Positions 1 to 36,128 of a stretch of 64,000 bases of DNA are shown here, piece after piece. The position numbers and the translations under genes are program-made. The notes under the pieces are model-generated. The model saw only the letters and a list, made by a program, of their open reading frames with translations, was not told the origin of the DNA and ran no database searches. The stretch is from assembly GCF_009914755.1 (NCBI RefSeq), contig NC_060933.1; one strand, 5' to 3'. Source of the stretch: the human T2T-CHM13v2.0 reference genome, Homo sapiens. Every line of letters begins with the position of its first letter. Position 1 is the first letter of the stretch.

Positions 1-126
1 ATGGCTGGAATCTGGCAGTCTGTGTACCGCCACCATCTGGAGTACTACTGAGTTGCTGTAAACCCAGGGATGGCCAACCCATGCCCGAGGGGACACCCAC
101 ACACCTCCCCAGCCCAGCTGGCTCAC

Positions 127-179
127 CAGGGGTTGTAGTCGATCCCGTCTAGCCTTCGGGCCTGCAGCTGTTTGGCCAT
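127..179 (-). CDS. KYAT1: Kynurenine aminotransferase 1 / glutamine transaminase K, first coding exon (CDS continues off the left edge)
   Basis: The minus strand reads ...gttcgtctccag|CTCGCC ATG GCC AAA CAG CTG CAG GCC CGA AGG CTA GAC GGG ATC GAC TAC AAC CCC TG|gtgagc = MAKQLQARRLDGIDYNPW, the N-terminus I recognise for human KYAT1/CCBL1. The exon spans 185-127, with a strong Kozak (gccATGg) and canonical AG/GT boundaries. Confidence 0.95.
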
Positions 180-920
180 GGCGAGCTGGAGACGAACAAG
201 TGGAAGGTCAGAGATGGAATCTGTCTGGGTGCAGCAGTCCGAGCTTGCACACAGGAGGGACAGCTGCTTTCAGGCCACAGCGCCATCCTGTCTGCTCCCA
301 GGAGGGGGAAGAGATAGAGTTTGCAGAAGGGCAGGTTTCTGCCTGCCTCCCAAGCCTGTTATGCTCCAACACCCTCACCTGGTTCCTCTTGACTCCAGCA
401 GCCTCCACCTCCCCAGCCTGCAGGGGCTGCCTGGCGCCTGCCCAGTGGAGACTTCCAGCCCTGGCTCCATGCGTCCTGAGACAGAGCCCTGACTTGGCCA
501 GGTTAAAGTCTGACTCAGGAAGGGCTGAGGGTTAAAGAAGAGGAGCAGGAGGTGGGTGGAGCGGAGAGGGAGGATAATGGCAACAGTGACAGCAGCAGCC
601 TCCACTTACAGAGGTCTTGCTAAGCACTTCCATTTCATTCCCTGAATGACCTGGTCAGGCCTATCTTATCAATGAGAAAACAGAAGGTGGAAAACAGAGG
701 CTGGAGGGTGCAGGAGGGGGAGTGATGTGTTTAAGGCCACACAACACACACACTCAGACTTAGGCCTGTTGGACCCAAGGCCATGTCCTAACTCTGAGGG
801 AGGCACTAATCCGCTCCTCGGAGGGTCCCGGGGTCCTGGCTCCTGGCTCGCCCCTCCCCTCCCGGTGTTCCTCCCAGGCCAGCTCCCTCCTCAGCCACTG
901 GTGTGCAGAAACTGGCCAGG

Positions 921-1410
<490 letters not shown>

Positions 1411-2206
1411 ATTGGCCAGACCTGAGAGCCACCAAACTCAGGTCCTAACCCACCTTGGCTGGGTGACCCTGGATAGGTAATTTGGCTCCTCCTGTCCTCA
1501 GAATCCCTTCAGCAGCAGGGACCTCACATGGGCTTTGTGGTCCCTGAGGAACCTTCCGTTCCTGTGGGTTTGCCAGTCCCAGATGGCTGGTGGGCCGTGG
1601 AGCTGGGGATCCAACATTCTTCTCAGCCACCTGCTGTGGTCAATAGTGAACCCTGGCTCAGGATTTTGCTCAGTTCCACCTCGCTCAGTTCCCACTGCAC
1701 TCTCACTAGAGGTGCCACAATAGTCTCCATCTAACAGATGAGGACACTGAGGCTTGAAGAGGCTCAGGTACCTGCCCAGGGTCAGAAGAGAAGCTGGCAA
1801 GGACCTGGTCAGGGTGGCAGCCACAGTAATCTCAACACCAGGCCCCCCTGTCCTGGAGGGGCCTTGGGACCATTTGAGTAAGTGCCAGGTCTTCCATGGC
1901 CCAGGAACCCCACCGCGCCTGGCTCAGTTGACATTTATTGAGTCCCTACCAGGTACTGGGTTCTGGGATGGGCACAGGGGATCATGGGAAGCAGCACCCT
2001 ACAGCGCCCAAGCTGACTATTCAGATGCAGAGCTACAAGTTCTAGACTAGAGAAGCAGGGGCAAGGGAGAAGCCCACATACAGGCTGCAGTTAAAGAGGG
2101 CTCCCTGAAAGAGAAGGCTCATGCACAGCTTTGAAGCCAGGAACGAGCCAGACCCCAGAAGCCCCAGGCCATGCAGGTGGCAGAGTATTGGGGTTAGGGC
2201 ACTTAC

Positions 2207-2302
2207 AGTCTGGTGCAAGAACCAAGTGAGTGGGGCTCCAGCCTTCCTTCCCTGAAGGGGCCCCACCAGGTGCACAGAGATGGCTGCTGCAGTCCTGAAC
2301 AT
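2207..2302 (-). CDS. KYAT1: Putative alternative KYAT1 exon encoding an N-terminal mitochondrial-presequence-like extension
   Basis: ATG at 2302 opens 32 codons (MFRTAAAISVHLVGPLQGRKAGAPLTWFLHQT) ending exactly at a consensus donor (ACT|gtaagt, 2206-2201). A phase-0 join to the exon at 185 gives ...HQT-LA-MAKQ. A pyrimidine tract and AG acceptors lie upstream (first AG at 2332-2331). It resembles the rat mitochondrial GTK leader as I recall it. Confidence 0.7.
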
Positions 2303-2419
2303 GCCTCCCAGAGCCTTGGGGCACTGCAGACTTTTCCAGAGGCAGGGGAGAAGGGAGGAAACAGCCCTGGCCAGAAAATGCCTCCGAGCTCAGGACTTGG
2401 GTCCCCCACACACAGCTCT

Positions 2420-2425
2420 AACAAT

Positions 2426-2458
<33 letters not shown>
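2420..2458. repeat. (AAC)n microsatellite
   Basis: About 13 AAC/AAT units are directly visible. Confidence 0.95.
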
Positions 2459-2812
2459 ATGGTCATTGCGTGCCAGGAATAGCACCAAGTGCTCTGTTGC
2501 ATGATTATCCGACTCCGTCCTTATAAGAACCCTGTTACTCATATACAATACACCCCCCAGCAACCCAAGTGACCCTTTCAAAACACAAATCACCTCTAAT
2601 TAAAAAATGATCCAGGAGAGGATCACTGATAGCCCTGAATATCACCAAGAGCATAAACCAAACATGTTCTGACTCTGGAAACACACACACCACCTGCAAA
2701 TTATTCCTGCTGTAAAAGTGGCCCTAAATTAGATCACACTGTTGAATGACTAAAATACAGGGACAGAAGAACATGTTAAATAACACCATGGAGATGCAAT
2801 CAACAAATTCAA

Positions 2813-4951
<2,139 letters not shown>

Positions 4952-5002
4952 CAGCCCAGGCTGTTCTTGAACCCCTGACTTCAAGCGATCCTCCTTCTTC
5001 AG

Positions 5003-6005
5003 TGTAGGGAAAAGAAAGAGAGATCAGACTGTTACTGTGTCTATGTAGAAAGGGAAGACATAAGAAATTCCATTTTGACCTGTACCTTGAACAATTGCTT
5101 TGCTGAGATGTTGTTAATTTGTAACTTTGCCCCAGCCACTTTGCCCTAACTTTGAGCTCACAAAAACATGTGTTGTAGGGAACCAGGGTTTAAGGGATCT
5201 AGGGCTGTGCAGGATATGCCTTGTTAACAAAATGTTTACAAGCAGTATGCTTGGTAAAAGTCATCGCCATTCTCTAGTCTCAATAAACCAGGGGCACAAT
5301 GCACTGCAGAAAGCCACAGGGACCTCTGCCTTGGAAAGCCGCGTATTGTCCGAGGTTTCTCCCCATGTGATAGTCTGAAATATGGCCTCGTGGGATGAGA
5401 AAGACCTGACCGTCCCCCAGCCCAACACCTGTAAAGGGTCTGTGCTGAGGTGGATTAGTAAAAGAGGAAAGCCTCATGAAGTTGAGATAGAGGAAGGCCA
5501 CTGTCTCCTGCCTGCCCCTGGGAACTGAATGTCTCAGTATAAAACCTGATTATACATTTGTTCAATTCTGAGATAGGAGAAAAACCACCCTATGGCGGGA
5601 GGCGAGACACATTGGCAGCAATGCTGCCTGCTATTCTTTACTCCACTGAGATGTTTGGGTGGAGAGAAACATAAATCCGGCCTACATGCACATGCAGGCA
5701 TAGTACCTCCCCTTGAACTTAATTATGACAGATTCTTTTGCTCACGTTTTTTGCTGAACTTCTCCTTATTATCACCCTGCTCTCCTACTGCATTCCTCTT
5801 GCTGAGATAATAAAAATAATAATCAATAAAAAGTGAGGAAACTCAGAGACCGGTACTGGTGCAGGTCCTTGATATGCTGCATGCCGGTCTCCTGGGCCCA
5901 CTGTTGTTTCTCTACACTTTGTCTCTGTGTCTTATTTCTTTTCTCAGTCTCTCATCCCACCTGACGAGATATCCCACAGGTATGGAGGGGCAGGCCACCC
6001 CTTCA
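5003..6005 (+). repeat. 5' LTR (LTR5 family; 1003-bp length suggests LTR5B)
   Basis: Begins tgtagggaaaagaaagagagatcagactg and ends ccaccccttca. TATAAAA at 5538-5544 and AATAAA at 5825-5830. Confidence 0.92.
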
Positions 6006-6007
6006 TC

Positions 6008-6025
6008 TGACGCCCAATATGGGGC
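6008..6025 (+). other. Primer-binding site, tRNA-Lys type (degenerate)
   Basis: TGACGCCCAATATGGGGC lies 2 nt after the LTR and matches TGGCGCCCAACGTGGGGC at 15 of 18 positions. Confidence 0.85.
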
Positions 6026-6815
6026 CTTTCTCCAGGGTGAAGTTATGCTGAGAACGTGAGTATTGAGGACAGCTGATGAGAGATTCCCGAGTACGTCCAC
6101 GGTCAGCCTTGCAGTATGCTTGTGTGCTCGGAGGAATCCAGGGTAACAATGGGGCAAACTGAAAGTAAATATGCCTCTTATCTCAGCTTCATTAAAATTC
6201 TCTTAAGAAGAGGGGGAGTTAAAGCTTCTACAGAAAATCTAATTACGCTATTTCAAACAATAGAACAATTCTGCCCATGGTTTCCAGAACAAGGAACTTT
6301 AGATTTAAAAGATTGGGAAAAAATTGGCAAGGAATTAAAACAAGCAAGTAGGGAAGGTAAAATCATCCCACTTACAGTATGGAATGATTGGGCCATTATT
6401 AAAGCAACTTTAGAACCATTTCAAATAGAAGAAGATAGCATTTCAGTTTCTGATGCCCCTGAAAGCTGTGTGATAGATTGTGAAGAAGAGGCAGAGACAG
6501 AGTTCAAGAAAGGAACGGAAAGTTCACATTGTAAATATGTAGCAGAGCCGGTAATGGCTCAGTCAACGCCAAGTGTTGACTACAATCAATTACAGGAGGT
6601 AATATATCCTGAAACATTAAAATTAAAAGGAAAAAGTCCAGAATCATTGGGGCCATTGGGGCTACAACCACAATGGCCACCTCCTCCTCAGCCGAGTGAG
6701 TGCTGGGGGAGGCAGCCTGAAACTAGGCACACTGCGACTTGGCTCGTGGCACTCATTATTGCCCAACCTACAGTTCACTACAGTGAAGGAGCAATTCAGA
6801 CTCGCCCTGCAGTGT

Positions 6816-9256
<2,441 letters not shown>

Positions 9257-9260
9257 ACTT

Positions 9261-11218
9261 ACAGAAAAAGTTGCCATCCACCAAAAAAGCGAAGCCGCCG
9301 ACCTGGGCCCAGCTAAAGAAGCTGACACAGTTAGCTGAAAAAAGCCTAAAGTACACAAGGGTAACACAAACTCCAGAGAATATGCTGCTTGCAGCTTTAA
9401 TGATTGTATCAATGGTGGTAAGTCTCACTATGTCTGCAGGAGCAGCTGCAGCTAATTATACTTACTGGGCCTATGTGCCTTTCCCGCCCTTAATTCAGGC
9501 AGTCACTTGGATGGATAATATTCTATTGAAGTATGTGTTAATATTAGTGCATGGGTACCAGGACCCACAGATGACCGCGGCCCTGCCCAACCTGAAGAAG
9601 AAGGAATGATGATAAACATTTCCACTGGGTATCATTATCCTCCTATTTGCCTGGAGAAAGCACCAGGATGCTTAATGCCTACAACCCAAAATTGGTTGGT
9701 AGAAGTATCTACTGTCAGTGCCACCAATAAATTTACTTATCATATGGTAAGTGGAATGTCACTTGGGTCACAAATGAATAATTTACAGGACTCTTCTTAT
9801 CAAAGATCATTAAAATTTAGGCCTAAGGGGACCTTGCCTCAAGGAAATTCCCAAAGAATCAAAAGACCCAGAAGTCTTAGTTTGGGAAAAATATGTGGCT
9901 GATACTGTGGTGGTATTACAAAACAATAAATTTGGAACTATTATAGACTGGGCCCCTCAAAACCAATTATATTATGGTTGTATGGGCCAGACTCACTCAT
10001 GTTCACAGACCCCATCTGTCTGGCCCACTAATCCGGCCTATGATAGTGATTTAACTGAAAGGCTAGACCAGGTTTATAGAAGGCTAGAATCACCCTATCC
10101 ATGGAAATGGGGTGAAAAGGGGATTTCATCACCTCAACCAAAGTTAGTTAGTCCTGTTACTGCTCCTGAACATCCAGCATTATGAAAGCTTACTGTGGCC
10201 TCGCACCACATTAGAATTTGGTCTGGAAATCAAGTTATCGGAACAAGAAATCATAAGCCACATTATACTATTAACCTAAATTCCAATCCGACAATTCCTT
10301 TGCAAAGTTGTGTAAAACCCTCTTATATGCTAGTTGTAGGAAACATAGTTATTAAACCAGATTCCCAAACTATAACCTGTGAAAATTGTAGATTGTTTAC
10401 TTGCATTGATTCAACTTTTGATTGGCAGCACCATATTCTGCCAGTGAGGGCAAGAGAGGGTGTGTGGATCCCTGTGTCCATGGACCGACCGTGGGAGGCT
10501 TCCCCATCCATCCATATTTTAACAGAAGTATTAAAAGGAGTTCTAACTAGATCCAAAAGATTCATTTTTTACTTTAATTGCAGTGATTATGGGTCTTATT
10601 GCAGTCACAGCTACTGCTGCGGCTGCTGGAATTGCTTTACACTCCTCTGTTCAAACTACAAAATATATAAATAATTGGCAAAAGAACTCCTCAAAATTGT
10701 GGAATTCTCAGACTCAAATAGACCAAAAATTGGCAAACCAAATTAATGATCGTAGACAAACTGTCATTTGAATGAGAGATAGGCTCATGAGCTTAGAATA
10801 TCTTTTTCAGTTACAGTGTGACTGGAATATGTCAGATTTTTGTATTACACCTCGAGCCTATAATGAATCTGAACATCACTGGGACATGGTTAGACGCCAT
10901 CTACAAGGAAGAGAAGATAACCTTACTTTAGATATTTTTAAATTAAAATAACAAATTTTTGAGGCATCAAAAGCCCAGTTCAATCTGGTGCCAGAAACTG
11001 AGGCAATGGTGAAAGCTGCTGATGGCCTCACAAATCTTAACCCCATCACTTGGGTTAAAACCACTGGAAGTTCCACTATTGCAAATTTTGTATTAATCCT
11101 TGTATGTCTGTTCTCTGTTGCTGGTCTACAGGTGTATCCAGCAGCTCCGGAGAGACAGCAACCAGCGAAAACAGGCCATAATGACTATGGCGGTTTTGTC
11201 AAAAAGAAAAGGGGGATA
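9261..11218 (+). pseudogene. env: HERV-K env (start codon deleted; stops and frameshifts)
   Basis: Motifs include [37 protein letters not shown], furin site RSKR at 10549-10560, fusion peptide [15 protein letters not shown], and the TM cysteine loop CDWNMSDFC. Confidence 0.93.
11201..11216 (+). other. Polypurine tract
   Basis: aaaaagaaaaggggga lies immediately before the 3' LTR. Confidence 0.85.
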
Positions 11219-12224
11219 TGTACGGCAAAGAAAGAGAGATCAGACTGTTACTGTGTCTATGTAGAAAGGGAAGACATAAGAAATTCCATTTTGACCTGTA
11301 CCTTGAACAATTGCTTTGCTGAGATGTTGTTAATTTGTAACTTTGCCCCAGCCACTTTGCCCCAACTTTGAGCTCACAAAAACATGTGTTGTCTGGAATC
11401 AAGGTTTAAGGGATCTAGGGCTGTGCAGGATATGCCTTGTTAACAAAATGTTTACAAGCAGTATGCTTGGTAAAAGTCATCGCCATTCTCTAATCTCAAT
11501 AAACCAGGGGCACAACGCACTGCGGAAAGCCGCACGGACCTCTGCCTTGGAAAGCCACGTATTGTCCAAGGTTTCTCCCCATGTGATAATCTGAAATATG
11601 GCCTTGTGGGATGAGAAAGACCTGACTGTCCCCCAGCCCAACACCCGTAAAGGGTCTGTGCTGAGGTAGATTAGTAAAAGAGGAAAGCCTCTTGAAGTTG
11701 AAATAGAGGAAGGCCACTGTCTCCTGCCTGCCCCTGGGAACTGAATGTCTCGGTATAAAACCTGATTATACATTTGTTCAATTCTGAGATAGGAGAAAAA
11801 CCGCCCTATGGCGGGAGGCGAGACATGTTGGCAGCAATGCTGCCTTGTTATTCTTTACTCCACTGAGATGTTTGGGCGGGGAGAAACATAAATCCGGCCT
11901 ACGTGCACATGCAGGCATAGTACCTCCCCTTGAACTTAATTATGACATAGATTCTTTTGCTCACATGTTTTTTTGCTGACCTTCTCCTTATTATCACCCT
12001 GCTCTCCTACTGCATTCCTCTTGCTGAGATAATAAAAATAATAATCAATAAAAAGTGAGGAAACTCAGAAACCGATGCTGGTGCAGGTCCTTGATATGCT
12101 GCTTGCCAGTCTCCTGGGCCCACTGTTGTCTCTATACTTCATCTCTGTGTCTTACTTCTTTTCTCAGTCTCTCGTCCCACCTGATGAGATACCCACAGGT
12201 GTGGAGGGACAGGCCACCGCTTCA
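11219..12224 (+). repeat. 3' LTR (LTR5B-like, 1006 bp)
   Basis: Direct repeat of 5003-6005, about 95% identical by manual comparison. AATAAA at 12047-12052. Confidence 0.92.
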
Positions 12225-12323
12225 CTCAGCTTCCCAAAGTGCTGAAATTACATGCGTGAGCCATGTGCCCTGCCCCATACACAAAAATTAATTCAAAGTG
12301 AATCACATAACTAAATGTATGGG

Positions 12324-14690
<2,367 letters not shown>

Positions 14691-14692
14691 CA

Positions 14693-15138
14693 TGAGAGGG
14701 GATTTATAGGGAAATTGACTCACGCAATTAATGGAGGCTGAGAAGTCCCCTGAGAGACTATTTGCAAGAGGTGCCAGTAGCGTGGCTCAGTCCAAGTCTG
14801 CAAGCCTCAGAACCAGGGACGCCACTGGGATAATTCTCAGTCCAAGGCTGAAGAGCCTAGAGTTTTGATATCCAAAGGGCAGGAGAAGGAGAATCTTCCA
14901 GCTCCAGGAGAGACAGAGACAGAAAGAGGAAAATTTTCTCCTCTTTTGTTTTTATTCAAGCCGTGAACCAATTGCATACTGCCACCCACATTGAGAGCGG
15001 ATCTTCCCCACTCAGTCCACTGACTCCCACGCCAATCTCCTCTGGAAACACCCTCACAGACACACCCAGAAGTCATGTTTCACCATTCTCTAGGTATTCC
15101 TTACTCCAGTCCAGCTGCCACCTAACATTAACCAGCAG
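14693..15138 (-). mobile_element. MLT2-type (ERVL) LTR fragment
   Basis: Characteristic segments ggaggctgagaagtccc, ctcagtccaagtc...aagcctcagaaccaggga, cccactcagtccactgactc...ctctggaaacaccctcacagacacacccaga, and the terminus attaaccagca. Confidence 0.75.
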
Positions 15139-15640
15139 CACACATCCACGCTGCCAGACATTCGTCAGTTGCAGTTCAGGTTTTCCCACCCAGGTGCTGA
15201 TTCCAGGGAAGGTTTCTGCTCTGGCAAATCATGATTCTCTGTATCTACCTTTCTGCCTCTCCAGTTTGGGGGCAGCAGGTTACCCTGTGACCTAATTTTC
15301 TGATGAACTGAAAAAGAGCCGCTGGTTTTTCAGTTTGTTCAGCCTTTTTTTTTTTTTTTTGAAACGGAGTCTTGCTTTGTCGCCCAGGGTGGAGTGCAGT
15401 TGCGCAATCTCGGCTCACTGCAAGCTCCGCCTCCTGGGTTCAAGCGATTCTCCTGCCTCAGCCTAAGTAACTGGGATTACAGTCGCATTCCACCATGCCT
15501 GGCTAATTTTTGTATTTTTAGTAGAGATGGGGTTTCACTATGTTGGTCAGACTGGTCTCGAACTCCTGACCTTAGGTGATCTGCCCACCTCGGCCTCCCA
15601 AAGTGCTGGGATTACAGTTGTGAGCCACTGCCTCCGGCCC

Positions 15641-15920
15641 ACACGCATTTATTAAGTTTACCATCTTATATGGGCATGGTTTGTGGTTCCCCAAAACAAG
15701 CACAATAGTAATATCAAAGATCACTGATCACAGATCACCGTGTCAGACATAATAATAATGATAAAGTTTGAACTATTGTGGGAATTACACACAGACCCTA
15801 AGGGAACACATTCTGTTGGAACAATGGGAACAATAGACTTGCTTGGTGCAAGGTTCTCACAAAGCTTCAATTTGCAAAGACCGTGATATCTGCCAAACGC
15901 AATACAATGAAGTGTGGCTA
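15641..15920 (-). mobile_element. Tigger1 (TcMar) terminal fragment
   Basis: aatagtaatatcaaagatcactgatcacagatcacc...atagacttgcttggtgcaagg...cttcaatttgcaaa matches the reverse complement of the Tigger1 5' end as I recall it. Confidence 0.75.
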
Positions 15921-15955
15921 GTTTGTTACAACAGCCTTAGGAATCAAATCCAAGG

Positions 15956-16329
15956 TGATGGGGTTGAGCTGTGTCCCCACCCAAATCTCATCTTGAATTG
16001 CAGTTCTCATAATTCCCACGTGTCCTGGGAGGGACCCAGTGGGAGGTAATTGAATCATGGGGGCAGTTACCCCCATGCTGCTGTGCTGGCGATAATGAGT
16101 GAGTTCTCATGAGAGCTGATGGTTTTATAAAGAGCTTTTCCCCCTTTGCTCAGCAGTTCTCTCTCCTGCCGCCATGTGAAGAACGTGTTTGCTTCCCCTT
16201 CTGCCATGATTTTAAGTTTCCTGAGGCCTCCCCAGCCATGAGGAACTGTGAGTCAATTAAATCTCTTTCCTTTATAAATGACCCAGTCTTGCGCAGTTCT
16301 TTATAGCAGTGGGAGAATGGGCTAACACA
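15956..16329 (+). mobile_element. THE1-type MaLR solo LTR with a perfect 5-bp TSD
   Basis: Runs tgatgggg...gtgtccccacccaaatctcatcttgaattg...gagtcaattaaa...ctaacaca (374 bp), with CAAGG on both sides (15951-15955 and 16330-16334). Confidence 0.88.
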
Positions 16330-17584
16330 CAAGGCGATGCCAGAGCTCACCCTCTCGTTCCTTAGATTTGAGAGCGGTTCCCAGGAGAGGCCTGAAGTAT
16401 GTACTCTGACCCCTGAAACTAAGTACCTGTGCCTTGAGCAACAAAGGGTAGTGTTACTGCCATCCCAGGAGGGACATTCCTTGGTGTCACCTCAAGGGAG
16501 GGAGTCTGGTGCTTTAGCTCAGGTAACTCAGCTAAAGGGATGAGCGGCCCAAGGGCAGGCCCAAGCCCAGGGCTGGTCATGGGAGGCACTCTGTGCCCTC
16601 TGCCTGTTCTATGAAGACCAACTATCTGCTGGCCCAGGACTGAGGGGTGTCTTGGGATGGGAACCATCCTGGGCCAAAGGGTCTCTTTAGGTTAGCCATT
16701 TCCTGTCCTAGACCCAACATCTTGCTACTTCTTCTAGGACTACAGGAGGAGCTGGATTTCACCCTACCGGGACCCACTCTACTGCTTTCTGACCACTGAG
16801 TTAAAAACCCACAGTTGCCTGGTAGGTCAATTCTCTCTCTGACACTCTCCCCCACATCGGACTCTGTGTCCATCAAATCAGTCTTTTTTTCCTGAAGTGA
16901 CAACATTCTAAGTCATGTCTTCATCATCTCAAGTGAATTGAGCTAATTTTTGTATTTTTTGTAGAGATGTGGTCTCACTGTGTTGCCCAGGCTTGTCTCA
17001 AACTCCTGGGCTCAAGGCATCCTCCTGCCGCAGCGTCCCAGTGCTGGGATTACAAATGTGAGCCACTGTACTTGGCCAAGAATAATATTAATAATACAAC
17101 CAGCTTTAATTTACTAGGACTCACTCTGTCCCAATACTTTTGTCACTGGATCCTTTCAACAACTCTGTAAAGCAAGTGCTATCCTCACCCTCATTAACAG
17201 GTGAGGAAATTCCTAACATACTAAAATAACAACACTTACATTGAGCTCCTGCAGGCCTTATAGCAGATTGTACACCTGGTGCCAGCACAGGGCAGAAACT
17301 CAGGAGAAACAGATCCCAGCTGTGGCCCTCTTCTCTGCCCTGCCCCAGCCTTGGCCCCTTGCCTTCTCTGGGCACTGCCAGTTCTCAGGAAAGGCGGTGC
17401 CTTCTGTGTGTCCAGATCACTGGCTCCATGGGGGTCAAGAAGCTGGGTGGCACCTGTGCTGCACACGGATATGCTTAAACAATCTTGCAGCCTTGGGGGT
17501 GGGGCTGGAAACCAGGATCGGCTTCCATTGCAGGGGACTGGCAGTGCATCGGGCCTATGTGTGGCCGGGTAAGACTGGGCATAG

Positions 17585-17824
<240 letters not shown>

Positions 17825-18502
17825 TGAACTCCTGACCTCATGATCCGCCCGCCTCGGCCTCCCAAAGTGCTGAGATTACAGGCATGAGCCACCATGCCCG
17901 GCCAGAAGTGAATGTTATGTTGCACCCTCCACAGGGTAGGTCTGTTCTATTACCACACCCAGGATCAGGCCCCAAGTAGACACACAAGGAGGAGGGCAGT
18001 GCTGAGAGACGGGGGAAGGATTAGAACACAGGCTTTGATGACCTTGGCAGTGTGACATGAGGCAAGCCATTTTACCTCTCTGAACATCAATTTTCTATGC
18101 ATGAAATAAATAATAATAATTCATGGAGGCTGGGCATGGTGGCTCACACCTGTAATCCCAGCATTTTGGGAGGCTGAGGTGGGCAGATCGCTTGAGCTCA
18201 GAAGTTCAAGACTAGCCTGGGCAACATAACAACACCCTTTCTCTACAAAAAAAAAAACCAAAACAACAAAAGGATCCAAATACAAGAGCTTGCACCTGAG
18301 CATGTGCACACATCTCTGTGTCTGTGTCTGTGAGCTTATGGGTGTGGTGAAGGTAGGTTCCAGGAACTTAGGAGGGAGGGAGGGAGGGAGAAGCCATAAG
18401 GGGTTCTCAGCCAAGAGCAGAAGGGTACAGGGGGCACGTAGGCTGCCTTAACCCAGCAACTTGGCCAGGTTGGTTGGGAGCAACTTGGGGGCTTGTGGGT
18501 GT

Positions 18503-18532
18503 GTTATTCCCGAGTCGGCCAGCAGGGGGCGC
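18503..18532 (+). promoter_or_regulatory. Candidate CTCF site
   Basis: Core CCAGCAGGGGGCGC at 18519-18532 fits CCASYAGRKGGCRS, preceded by TGTTATTCC at the spacing of the upstream module. It lies in non-Alu sequence with retained CpGs. Confidence 0.65.
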
Positions 18533-18857
18533 AAGGAGCCAGGCCCCTCGTGGCTTTGAGGTTGCTGGCCCAGGTCACAGAGCAACCTGCTGGCCCCAGG
18601 AGGGGACTACGCCTCACTTCACAGAGGAGGCCCAAAGCAGGGAGGGTGCTGCTCCAGGTTCCCGCATAAGGCAGGACTCCTGACCTCCCAGGCACACCTC
18701 CCTCCAATGCCCTGCGCCTCACCCCTTTTCTAGGAAGCAGGCCTTCCCTAGTCAGCTCCTCAACAGCCCTGGCAGTCACCTTTTATTTACCACACGCTTT
18801 CCTGTGCTAGGTGCCCCGTGGAGCCCTACACGTCCCACCACTTAAAAATGTTTTTCA

Positions 18858-26465
<7,608 letters not shown>

Positions 26466-26540
26466 AAACAAAATCAATTGTGGAGATACATATGTGAGGA
26501 TGCATACATATATATACATATACACATACACATACATATT

Positions 26541-36128
<9,588 letters not shown>

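Noticed and set aside
2203-2593. ORFs with poly-Leu, poly-Asn, poly-Thr or poly-Val runs resembling signal or TM peptides
   Set aside because: They are artefacts of the (AAC)n microsatellite.
5127-5810. ORFs repeated in both LTRs ([11 protein letters not shown]..., MAFLY...)
   Set aside because: They are duplicated only because the LTRs are direct repeats; there is no sign of coding function.
6008-6025. tRNA-Lys-related sequence
   Set aside because: It is only the 18-nt retroviral primer-binding site, with no tRNA body.
10988-11371. 127-aa ORF ending in an Np9-like C-terminus ([11 protein letters not shown]...CYCVYVER)
   Set aside because: It results from an env frameshift into the frame Np9 uses. 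The type 1 deletion/donor and the shared start codon are absent, so this is not an np9 gene.
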